Below the pieces are notes generated by a model that saw only the letters and a program-made list of their open reading frames with translations, did no database searches and was not told where the DNA came from. From Deltaproteobacteria bacterium (GTDB taxonomy: Bacteria; Myxococcota_A; Polyangia; JAAYKL01), in assembly GCA_028713995.1 (NCBI GenBank), contig JAQTNF010000007.1, positions 1,740 to 65,739 on the forward strand: a stretch of DNA of 64,000 nt, in the 5' to 3' direction. Below are positions 10,270-18,230 of this stretch, in pieces. The number at the start of each line of letters is the position of its first letter. Positions within the stretch are counted from its first letter, which is position 1. The position numbers and the translations under genes are program-made.

Positions 10270-10338
10270 AGATTTAGATTATGCGTAACCACTGCTAAAA
10301 TCAACACCCGACGGCCTGTTGCGACGAGGCTTCCCCCG

Positions 10339-10366
10339 GGGAATAAAGCCTCGCGAGGGGCGTTTC
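10339..10366 (+). promoter_or_regulatory. Candidate ECF-type promoter GGAAT-N17-CGTTT upstream of the ECF sigma gene
   Basis: Matches the common ECF -35 GGAAC/T and -10 CGT motifs with 16-17 nt spacing. About 25 nt upstream of the RBS. Confidence 0.35.
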
Positions 10367-10391
10367 CCCCAAGCAAGGAGGAGGCCAACGC

Positions 10392-11054
10392 ATGATCTCG
10401 GCCCGTTCAACGAAGAAGGCCCGCCAGGAGTTCGAGGCCGCGTGCGTCGAGCACCTGGACGCTCTGTACGCCGCGGCCCTGCGCATGGCGCGCAACCCGG
10501 TCGAGGCCGAGGAGCTGGTGCAGGACACCTACGTGAAGGCGTTCAGGTTCGTGCACAAGTTCGAGTGGGGCACGAACTTGAAGGCGTGGCTCTTCCGCAT
10601 CCTGACCAACACGTTCATCAACAGCTACAGGCACAGGGGCCACGAGCGGAGGTACGCGGAGCGGGCGGCCGTGGAGCCCATCTACGACGAGGTCCTCGAC
10701 CAGGAGGCGCGGGCCTACGCGGCCGACCCCGAAGCGCACGCCTTCTCCGCGTTCTTCAAGGAGGATCTGGAACGGGCCCTCGACGACTTGCCCGAGGAGT
10801 TCCGCCTGGTGGTGGTGCTCTCGGACATGCAGGAGCTCTCCTACAAGGAGATCGCCGAGATGATCGGCTGCCCCATCGGCACGGTCATGTCGCGGCTCCA
10901 CAGGGGTCGCAGGCTTTTGCAGCGCGAGCTCACCGACTACGCGGTGGAGGCGGGGCTCAAGGCGGGGCGGGCGCCGGAAGAGGTCGCGCGCGACGGGCAA
11001 GGCGGGGCGGGTCCGGCGGACATTTCCGAGTTCAGGAAGCGAAAGGGAAGCTAG
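10392..11054 (+). CDS. ECF-family RNA polymerase sigma-70 factor (RpoE-like)
   Basis: Sigma-70 region 2 ([26 protein letters not shown]...ILTNTFIN) and region 4 ([26 protein letters not shown]). RBS AAGGAGGAGG. Confidence 0.85.
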   Translation: MISARSTKKARQEFEAACVEHLDALYAAALRMARNPVEAEELVQDTYVKAFRFVHKFEWGTNLKAWLFRILTNTFINSYRHRGHERRYAERAAVEPIYDEVLDQEARAYAADPEAHAFSAFFKEDLERALDDLPEEFRLVVVLSDMQELSYKEIAEMIGCPIGTVMSRLHRGRRLLQRELTDYAVEAGLKAGRAPEEVARDGQGGAGPADISEFRKRKGS

Positions 11055-11055
11055 G

Positions 11056-11808
11056 ATGAGGTGCGAGGAATCGAAGAAGTACCTGGACACCTACATCGAC
11101 GGCGAGCTCGAGGCCGGGCTCATGCTCGAGGTGGAGACCCACCTCTCCGAGTGCCGCGCGTGCTCGTCGCTCGTGCTGCTCGGAAGGCGCATGCGCAAGG
11201 AGCTGCGGAGCCTCGGCCGGGTCCAGGCCCCGGACCACCTGCGCAGGCGCGTGCTGACCCTTTCGGGCCGGGGACGCCGCGCCCGCCTCGTCGCCGCCGC
11301 GATCGCCGTGCCCCTGGCCGCCGCCGCGGCCCTGCTCATCGTGCTCGGACCGCCGCTGCGGGGCGGAAGCGACGACGGCCCGGTCGCCGGCCTCCTCGAC
11401 GACGTGGTGCAGCGCCACGCGAGGGATCTGCCCATGGAGGTGAAGGCCTCGGATCCGGCCGAGGTCTCGTCATGGTTCCGCGGCAAGGTCGACTTCCCGG
11501 TGGTCGCGCCCGCGCTCACGCTCGCCAACGCCAGCTTCGAGGGCGCCAGGCTCTCGAACGTGCAGTCGGATCAGGCCGCGCACATGACGTACAGCGTGGA
11601 CGGACACCGCGTGACGCTCATGATCTTCAACCCGCGGGCCGTCGCGCTGTCCGGCGGGCGGCGGGTCAAGGTGGACGGCAGGGACGTGCTGCTCGGCCAC
11701 CGCCACGGCTACAACGTGGCCGTGCTCCTCGACGGCGACCTGGCCTACGCCCTGTCCTCGGACCTTCCCGAGAGCCGGCTCGTCTCGCTCATCCGCAGCA
11801 TCCACTGA
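11056..11808 (+). CDS. Anti-sigma factor (zf-HC2/RseA-type, membrane-spanning)
   Basis: Starts 2 nt after the sigma-factor stop. HxxxCxxC zinc motif (HLSECRACSS). Single TM (LVAAAIAVPLAAAAALLIVL). Periplasmic C-domain. Confidence 0.7.
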   Translation: MRCEESKKYLDTYIDGELEAGLMLEVETHLSECRACSSLVLLGRRMRKELRSLGRVQAPDHLRRRVLTLSGRGRRARLVAAAIAVPLAAAAALLIVLGPPLRGGSDDGPVAGLLDDVVQRHARDLPMEVKASDPAEVSSWFRGKVDFPVVAPALTLANASFEGARLSNVQSDQAAHMTYSVDGHRVTLMIFNPRAVALSGGRRVKVDGRDVLLGHRHGYNVAVLLDGDLAYALSSDLPESRLVSLIRSIH

Positions 11809-13048
11809 CGCCATCCCCGCCCACACGCCGCAGGCGGTCGCGCAAGGTGGAGCGCGGCACACCGATCTCGCGCGCCGCGGAGGCCACGTTGCCCTTGTGA
11901 GAAGACACGATTTCGCTCACGCGCGTGTCCGAAAGCTCTTCGAGCCTGAAGATCCTGCGCGGCAAGGCGCGCGGCGCGGTCGCGAGAGCGAAGTCGGACG
12001 CCGTCAAGACGGGATGCGGGCTTAAGGCCGCGGCGCGGTACAGGGCCGCTCTCAGCTCGCGCGCGTTGCCGGGCCAGTCGTGTGCGGCGAGGCGTTCCAC
12101 GGCGCCCGCGTCGAGCGAGCGCCGGCCCACGTCGTCGGCCATGGTGGCGAGAAAGTGCCGGCACAGGTCCGCGATGTCCTCGGGGTGATCACGCAGGGGC
12201 GCGGTCGCGATGCAAAGGGTGGACACGCGGTGGAAGAGATCCGCCCGGAACGCCCCCTGCGCCGCCATCTCGGACAGATCCCGGTTGGTGGCGGCCACGA
12301 GGCGCACCGACACCTCGCCCACGCCCTCCTGCCCGATGCGGCGCACCCGGCCGTCGTCGAGCACGCGCAAGAGCGCAGCCTGTTGGGCCATGGGCAGCTC
12401 GCCCAGCTCGTCGAGGAAGAGGGTGCCGCCGTGGGCTTGCTCGAACAGCCCCCTGTGGGCGGTCTGTGCGCCGGTGAACGCGCCGCGCTCGTGGCCGAAC
12501 AAGGCGTCTTCCAGCAGGGACGACGTGAGCGAGCCGCAGTTGACGGCTACGAACGGCCCGCTCCTTCGCGCCGAGCACTCGTGCAGGCCGCGCGCCACGA
12601 GCTCCTTGCCCGTGCCGGTCTCGCCCGTGACGAGCACCGGAGCCTTGAGGCGGCCGAGCCGCGCCACCTGCGCGCGCAAGAGACGCATGCGGGGCGAATT
12701 CCCCACGATCCCGAGCCCGACCGCCTCGGGTCTCGCCTGTGCCGGGACTGCCGGCCGCGCCTCGTCCGCCACGGCCACGCCCGCCGCGGTGAGCGCGAGC
12801 GAGAACGGGCCCACCGAGACGCGATCCCCGGGCGCGAACGCAGTCTCGGGCGCCCCGGGATCGTCCGGGTTGGTGCGCGCGCGCCACAGGCCGTCAGGGC
12901 CGCGCAGCACGACGAGGTGCCGCTCGGCCACGCCGCCCGCGGCCAGCACCAGATCGTTGGTCGGGTGCGAGCCGATGGTGAGCCCCTCGCCGCAAAGGGC
13001 ATGGTGGGTGACCGGGACGCTGCCGTGGTACAGGGTGATTCGTTCCAT
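11789..13048 (-). CDS. Sigma-54-dependent transcriptional activator with N-terminal FHA domain
   Basis: FHA-like N-terminus (GSHPTNDLVL...). AAA+ sigma-54 interaction domain (GETGTGKELVARGLH, GAFTGA, ESELFGHE-like FGHERGAFTGA). C-terminal Fis-type HTH. Start set at MERITLYHG, which has an AAGGAGG RBS. Confidence 0.85.
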   Translation of the reverse strand: MERITLYHGSVPVTHHALCGEGLTIGSHPTNDLVLAAGGVAERHLVVLRGPDGLWRARTNPDDPGAPETAFAPGDRVSVGPFSLALTAAGVAVADEARPAVPAQARPEAVGLGIVGNSPRMRLLRAQVARLGRLKAPVLVTGETGTGKELVARGLHECSARRSGPFVAVNCGSLTSSLLEDALFGHERGAFTGAQTAHRGLFEQAHGGTLFLDELGELPMAQQAALLRVLDDGRVRRIGQEGVGEVSVRLVAATNRDLSEMAAQGAFRADLFHRVSTLCIATAPLRDHPEDIADLCRHFLATMADDVGRRSLDAGAVERLAAHDWPGNARELRAALYRAAALSPHPVLTASDFALATAPRALPRRIFRLEELSDTRVSEIVSSHKGNVASAAREIGVPRSTLRDRLRRVGGDGVSGCCG

Positions 13049-13138
13049 TCCGGGCCTCCTTGAGAGCGTTTCCCCCCTCTCATCGGCCGCCCGGGCACAA
13101 AAGTTTCCGAAAAAAAGCGGGTCCGTCCCCTGCAACCC

Positions 13139-14122
13139 TCACTCCGCGAATCCCGCAGGCTCGAAGCCGGCCGCCTTCAGCATTGCGAGGTCGGCCTCGT
13201 ACCCCTGCCCCGGAGACGTCAGGTAGCCGTTCGTGAACATCGAGTTGGCCGGGTAGAGCGCGAGCGCCTGCAACGGACCCAGGATCCGCTCGCGGCCGCC
13301 GGCGATGCGGATCTCCTTGTCCGGATGCACGAAGCGGAACATGGCGAGCGCGCGCAGGGCGCCCTCGGGCGTGATGCGCTCCTCCGCGGCGAGCCGCGTC
13401 CCGGGGCGCGGATCGAGGAGGTTGACCGGGATGGCGTCCGCGCCGAGGTCCTTGAGGGCGAAGGCCACGTCCACGCGGTCCTCGAGGGTCTCGCCCGTGC
13501 CGAGGAGCACGCCGCTGCACAGCTCCATGCCCGCCGCCTTGGCCGCGCGCGCCGTGGCGACCCGATCCGGGAACGCGTGCGTCCCGCAGAGCGCCGGGAA
13601 GTGCCGCTCCGAGGTCTCCAGGTTGTGGTTGTAGCGGCCGACGCCCGCAGCCTCGAGCCGCGCGGCCTGGGATGCCACGAGCGATCCCAGCGAGACGCAC
13701 AGGGCGAGGGGCAGCTCGGCCTTGATGCGGCGCGCGGACTCGCACACGACGTCCAGCTCTTCTTCGCCCGGGGCGCGGCCGCTCGTCACGATGCAGTAGC
13801 GCGCGGCACCCAAGGCGTGCGCGCGGCGTGCGCCGTCCACGATCTCCTCGACGGACTGCATGTCGTAGCGCGGGATCTCGCCGTCCGATGCGGCGGACTG
13901 GCTGCAGTAGGCGCAGTCCTCCTGGCATCGCCCGCTCTTGGCGTTGCGGATCACGTGCAGCACCACGCCCCGGCCGAAACGCGCGCGCCGCAGGAGGAAC
14001 GCGCCGTGGAGCAGCTCGAGCAGATCGTCGTCGGGCGAGCGGAGCACGCCGAGCGCCTCGCTTCGCCCCACGTCGTGGCCGCCGAGCACCTCCCGCGCCA
14101 GGTCTCCGTATCGTGGCGTCAT
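13139..14122 (-). CDS. bioB: Biotin synthase BioB (radical SAM)
   Basis: CQEDCAYCSQ radical-SAM cluster motif. YNHNLETS and CSGVLLGTGET BioB signatures. ATGA start/stop overlap with the upstream larE-like gene. Confidence 0.8.
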   Translation of the reverse strand: MTPRYGDLAREVLGGHDVGRSEALGVLRSPDDDLLELLHGAFLLRRARFGRGVVLHVIRNAKSGRCQEDCAYCSQSAASDGEIPRYDMQSVEEIVDGARRAHALGAARYCIVTSGRAPGEEELDVVCESARRIKAELPLALCVSLGSLVASQAARLEAAGVGRYNHNLETSERHFPALCGTHAFPDRVATARAAKAAGMELCSGVLLGTGETLEDRVDVAFALKDLGADAIPVNLLDPRPGTRLAAEERITPEGALRALAMFRFVHPDKEIRIAGGRERILGPLQALALYPANSMFTNGYLTSPGQGYEADLAMLKAAGFEPAGFAE

Positions 14123-14931
14123 CGCACCGTCTTCGGCAGCGCCTCGTTCATGGAGCCGGTCCGGTATCCCTCGAGGTCGAGGCACACGTAGCGGTACCCG
14201 GCGTCCTTGCACGCGGCCACCACGCGCTCGCGTACGCCAGCGCCGACCGTCTCCGCGAGCCGCCCTGGCTCGACCTCCAAGCGGGCCACCTCGCCGTGGT
14301 CGCGCACGCGCAGGAGCGCAAGACCCAAAGAGCGCAGGGCCCGCTCGGCCTTGCCGATGCGCTCGAGCCGCGCGGCGGTGATCTCCACGCCGTATGGGAC
14401 GCGCGACGCCAGGCAGGCGTTGGCCGGCAGATCCGCGTTCGGCAGGCCGCGCTCCCTCGCGAGGCGCCGCACGTCGGCCTTGCCGAGCCCCATCTCAACG
14501 AACGGCGAGCGCACCTTGGCCTCGGCCGCCGCCGCGCGCCCGGGGCGGAAGTCGGAGAGGTCGTCCGCGTTGGTGCCGTCCACCACGACCTCGAAGCCCT
14601 CGCGCGTCGCGATGCGGCGCAGCTCGGCGAAGAGCTCGCGCTTGCAGTAGAAGCAGCGGTCGGGCGGGTTGGCGCGGTACTCGGGCGTGTCGAGCTCGTG
14701 CGTCTCGACGACCTCGTGGCGCACGCCGATGAGCCTCGCGAGCTGCCTCGCCCGCTCGAGCTCTTCCACGGAGTAGGTGTGGGACGTGGCGGTGACCGCG
14801 AGCGCGCGCCCTCCCAGGGCGTCGTGCGCCGCCGCCGTAAGCAGCGTGCTGTCCACGCCGCCCGAGTAGGCGACCACGGCCCCGCCCGTGTCCGCAAGGA
14901 GAGCCACGAGCGCCTCGTATCCGGGTTCCAT
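14119..14931 (-). CDS. LarE-family PP-loop ATP pyrophosphatase (sulfur transferase, TIGR00268-like)
   Basis: PP-loop SGGVDS. LarE active-site motif ACLASR. An additional CFYC pair suggests the [4Fe-4S]-binding, catalytic LarE subtype. RBS AAGGGAG. The ORF-track entry (14119..16095) is N-terminally over-extended. Confidence 0.75.
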   Translation of the reverse strand: MEPGYEALVALLADTGGAVVAYSGGVDSTLLTAAAHDALGGRALAVTATSHTYSVEELERARQLARLIGVRHEVVETHELDTPEYRANPPDRCFYCKRELFAELRRIATREGFEVVVDGTNADDLSDFRPGRAAAAEAKVRSPFVEMGLGKADVRRLARERGLPNADLPANACLASRVPYGVEITAARLERIGKAERALRSLGLALLRVRDHGEVARLEVEPGRLAETVGAGVRERVVAACKDAGYRYVCLDLEGYRTGSMNEALPKTVR

Positions 14932-14951
14932 CCGCAATGCTCCCTTCGTGG

Positions 14952-15908
14952 CTATTCGAACAGCGCGGTGCTCAGGTAGCGCTCGCCGGCGTCCGGCAGC
15001 ACGGTCACGATGAGCTTGCCCTCGTTCTCGGGCAGGGCCGCGAGCCGGCACGCGACCGCCGCGGCCGCGCCGCTCGAGATGCCGCAGGTGATGCCCTCCT
15101 CCAGGTGCAGGCGCCGCGCGTACGCGAACGCCTCCTCGTTGGAGACCGTGGCGATATCGTCGATGAGCGAGAGATCGAGCACGTCCGGCTTGAAGCCCGC
15201 GCCGATGCCCTGGATCTTGTGGGGTCCGGGTTTGGGCTCCTCGCCGGCGCGGATCGCGGTCAGCACGGGCGAGTGGATCGGCTCGACCGCCACGGAGCGG
15301 ACGGCCTTGTGCCTGGCCTGCTTCAGGTAGCGGCTCACGCCGGTGATGGTTCCGCCGGTGCCCACGCCCGCGACGAAGATGTCGACCTTGCCGTCCGTGT
15401 CGTCCCAGATCTCGGGCCCGGTGGTCTGGAAGTGGATGTCCGGGTTGGCCGGGTTCTTGAATTGCTGCGGTATGAAGAACCGCGCAGGATCCGACGCCTG
15501 CATCTCCTCGGCCTTGGCCACCGCGCCCTTCATGCCCTTGGCGCCCTCGGTGAGGAGCAGCCCGGCGCCGAACGCGGCGAGCATCTTGCGCCGCTCGATC
15601 GACATGGTGTCGGGCATGGTGAGGAGCAGCGGGTAGCCGCGGGACGCGCACACGAACGCGAGCGAGATACCCGTGTTGCCGCTCGTGGGCTCGATCACCG
15701 TGACCTCGCGCGAGCCCGGCTTCAGGATGCCGTCCCGCTCGGCCGCCCAGATCATGGCCGCGCCGATGCGACACTTGACCGAGTAGGCCGGGTTGCGGCC
15801 CTCGATCTTGGCGACCACCGTGGCGGGCAGCCCGCTCGTGATCCTGTTCAGCCGCACGAGCGGCGTGTTGCCGATGCTCATGGCGTTGTCCTCGAAAATC
15901 TTCGTCAT
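14952..15908 (-). CDS. cysK: Cysteine synthase A (O-acetylserine sulfhydrylase)
   Basis: PLP-lysine motif region ([15 protein letters not shown]), glycine loop GTGGTITG, 316 aa. RBS GGAGAGAG. Start at MTKIFEDN. Confidence 0.9.
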   Translation of the reverse strand: MTKIFEDNAMSIGNTPLVRLNRITSGLPATVVAKIEGRNPAYSVKCRIGAAMIWAAERDGILKPGSREVTVIEPTSGNTGISLAFVCASRGYPLLLTMPDTMSIERRKMLAAFGAGLLLTEGAKGMKGAVAKAEEMQASDPARFFIPQQFKNPANPDIHFQTTGPEIWDDTDGKVDIFVAGVGTGGTITGVSRYLKQARHKAVRSVAVEPIHSPVLTAIRAGEEPKPGPHKIQGIGAGFKPDVLDLSLIDDIATVSNEEAFAYARRLHLEEGITCGISSGAAAAVACRLAALPENEGKLIVTVLPDAGERYLSTALFE

Positions 15909-15934
15909 CGAACTCTCTCCTTTCCCGATCTTCT

Positions 15935-16375
15935 TCAGATCTGGTAGCTCGTCGGTCCGTCGTTCTTGACCCGCTGCCGGGTCGCCAGCTCGGCCAGGGT
16001 GACCTTCTCCAGCACACCGTCCATGGCCTCGGCCAGATCGCCCCACAAATCGCGCGCGGCGCAGTGATCGGCCCTCGTGCAACTGCCGCGGTCATTCACG
16101 CACGCGACCGGCGACACCTTGCCCTCGAGCGCCTCGAACACCTGGCGAATCGTGATATCCTTGGGATCATGCGCCAGCACGTAGCCGCCGCTCGGGCCGC
16201 GCACCGTGCGCACCAGCCCGGCCGACTTCAGGCCCGCCACCAGGTTGTGGATGTACTTGCCCGAGATCTCCTGGTTCCTGGCGATCGTGTCGACCAGCAC
16301 CGGGCCTTGCCCGTGCTGCAGCGCCAGCTCCAGCATGACCCGCAGCCCGTACCGGCCTTTCGTGGAAACCTTCAT
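15935..16375 (-). CDS. Rrf2-family transcriptional regulator (CymR/IscR-like)
   Basis: N-terminal wHTH ([13 protein letters not shown]). A C-x6-C-x5-C cluster-ligand-like segment. Start at [10 protein letters not shown]. Confidence 0.8.
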   Translation of the reverse strand: MKVSTKGRYGLRVMLELALQHGQGPVLVDTIARNQEISGKYIHNLVAGLKSAGLVRTVRGPSGGYVLAHDPKDITIRQVFEALEGKVSPVACVNDRGSCTRADHCAARDLWGDLAEAMDGVLEKVTLAELATRQRVKNDGPTSYQI

Positions 16376-16563
16376 CCGTTCGACTCCGTGGACCTCATGA
16401 CCGGTCTCTAGCACGCAAATTCCTATTGTCAATCGGTTAAGTTGACTATTGATCGCAAGACGACCGGATCGCAATGCGACGAGGTGGACATTTGCCCGGA
16501 TTCCCTTGACTTTTCCTAGGGTATCACTACTTTTTGCGAGTACCTTCCGCGAAAGGGGCTCCC
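16376..16563. promoter_or_regulatory. AT-rich divergent intergenic region (Rrf2 regulator / GNAT) with repeated TTGTCAA / TTGACTA motifs
   Basis: ctATTGTCAATCGgttaagGTTGACTATTGATCG, and a TTGACT -35-like hexamer before the GNAT gene. Confidence 0.35.
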
Positions 16564-17169
16564 ATGAGCGACAACGGCGCGACCCACAGAATCAAGGACG
16601 GGCGGCAGATCGTGATCCGTGAGCCGCGGTTGGACAAGGATCTCGACAGGCTGGTGGCCTTCCTCTGCGGCCTGCCGGACGACATCCGCAACTACATGCG
16701 GTACGACGTGCACGACAGGGGCATCTGCGCCGAGCGCTTGAAGCAGCTCGACGGCAAGAACCACTGGCGCCTCATCGCCGAGCTCGAAGGAAAAATCGTG
16801 GCCGACGGCACGCTGGATCGGGAGCCGTTCGGGTGGACGCGGCACGTGGCCGACCTGCGCGCCATCGTGGATCCGGACCACTACCACATGGGCATCAGCA
16901 CCATCCTGTGCAGGGCGCTCATCGCGCTGGGCTCCCAGGCCGGCGTCGAGAAGCTGTACACCGAGGTGGTTGCCGAGCAGGCCGACATCATCAAGGTGGT
17001 GAAGCGCGTGGGGTTTGTGCACGAGGTGACGCGCAAGCAGTACGCCAAGGGCCAGGACGGCCGGCTGCACGATCTCCTCATCTTCTCGAACGATCTCGAC
17101 GCGGTGTGGAGGAAGCTCGAGGATCAACTGAACGAGCTCGACGTGCCCCCCTACTACTCCGGCGGCTGA
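16564..17169 (+). CDS. GNAT-family N-acetyltransferase
   Basis: Acetyl-CoA-binding motif A-like segment (VGFVHEVTRKQYAKGQDG). 201 aa. RBS AAAGGGG. Confidence 0.7.
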   Translation: MSDNGATHRIKDGRQIVIREPRLDKDLDRLVAFLCGLPDDIRNYMRYDVHDRGICAERLKQLDGKNHWRLIAELEGKIVADGTLDREPFGWTRHVADLRAIVDPDHYHMGISTILCRALIALGSQAGVEKLYTEVVAEQADIIKVVKRVGFVHEVTRKQYAKGQDGRLHDLLIFSNDLDAVWRKLEDQLNELDVPPYYSGG

Positions 17170-17433
17170 CGCGCCGGGCCTTTTCCGCCGTAGTGAGTCG
17201 CTCGAAGGGCAGGAATGGGGGTAGGAATGGGAGCCTCATGTCACCGAAAGACCTGCACCTCGCCGGCATGGTGTACGATCCCCCCAGATGGGGAGGTCGC
17301 ACATGAAGAACCTGATGTGGACACTCGTAGCCGGCTCCCTCTCCCCGCCCAAACGGATCAACGCGAATCAACTGATGAATCTGCGGAAGTTGCAGTCCTT
17401 GTCCGGATCTCCACGCTTCTATATGATCGCAGC

Positions 17434-17961
17434 ATGACCGACGACCCGAGCGTCACCTACCTCGAAGATCTCCTGCGAGCGCTCACGAGCGGAGGCGTTC
17501 GCTTCGTCATCGCAGGCGGAGTGGCTGTGGTTCTGCACGGCATCGAACGCACGACGATGGACCTCGACATCGCGCTCGAGCTGTCGCCCGGGAACGTGAG
17601 GAGGTTCCGTGACGCCATGGATTCCCTGGGCCTGCGGCCGCTCGTGCCGGTGCCCGTCGAGGCACTGTCCGATCCGGAGCTGGTCCGGGTGATGGTCGAG
17701 GAGAAGCATGCCATCGTGTTCATGCTCGCTGACCCTCGAATGCCCTTGCGCAAGGTCGATGTCTTCCTCACCGAGCAGCTCAGCTACGAGAACCTCGCGG
17801 CGGACTCGGTCCCGGTCGAGATCCCCGGAATTTCGCTGCGGATCGTTTCGCTCGAGCGTCTGCTCGAGTTGAAGCGAGCCGTCGACCCGCCGCGGGAAAA
17901 GGACATCTTCGACATCCGGGCCATCGAGCGCCTCTTGCGCAAAGGACAATCAGATGTCTGA
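17434..17961 (+). CDS. Nucleotidyltransferase-fold protein (Pol-beta superfamily)
   Basis: G-x13-D-x-D motif (GGVAVVLHGIERTTMDLDIAL). C-terminal helical segment LLELKRAVDPPREKDIFDI, typical of NTase partners. The ORF-track start (17215) includes an unlikely leader; M74 was chosen. Confidence 0.45.
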   Translation: MTDDPSVTYLEDLLRALTSGGVRFVIAGGVAVVLHGIERTTMDLDIALELSPGNVRRFRDAMDSLGLRPLVPVPVEALSDPELVRVMVEEKHAIVFMLADPRMPLRKVDVFLTEQLSYENLAADSVPVEIPGISLRIVSLERLLELKRAVDPPREKDIFDIRAIERLLRKGQSDV

Positions 17962-18160
17962 CAACCTTGCGGACATCATCCGCGCCATCCCGGAGGAGGC
18001 CTTCCGCGAGCCGCGAAACCCGCTTGAGAGCCTGACCAGCCTGGAGCGGCTCCGGTGGCTGCAACAGACCGCCTACTTCATCTGGAGGCACAAAGGCGCA
18101 GCCTATCACGATACCGCGTCGTCCGTTCCGGACCGAGGAAAGGGCGCATCGGAGGGGTAG
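17954..18160 (+). CDS. Small hypothetical protein (68 aa) abutting the NTase gene
   Basis: ATG 5 nt before the upstream TGA stop. Contains RHKGAAYH (Rx6H, HEPN-like spacing). Confidence 0.3.
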   Translation: MSDNLADIIRAIPEEAFREPRNPLESLTSLERLRWLQQTAYFIWRHKGAAYHDTASSVPDRGKGASEG

Positions 18161-18230
18161 GGGCCGCCCGTTCTCGTCAGAGACGCGTCCCGCTTGCCGT
18201 ACCCGCGCGGGCCGGGTAACGTGTGCGGCC

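Noticed and set aside
10285-10312. CIRCE-like TTAG...CTAA element between grpE and the ECF sigma gene
   Set aside because: Only the outer TTAG/CTAA and a TGCTAA half match. The arms are not complementary (TTAGATTAT vs CACTGCTAA), so it is not called as CIRCE.
13078-13100. Sigma-54 promoter-like GGGCAC-N5-TTTCC near the sigma-54 activator gene
   Set aside because: The -12 element lacks the conserved GC (TTTC instead of TTGC), and no gene lies downstream on that strand.
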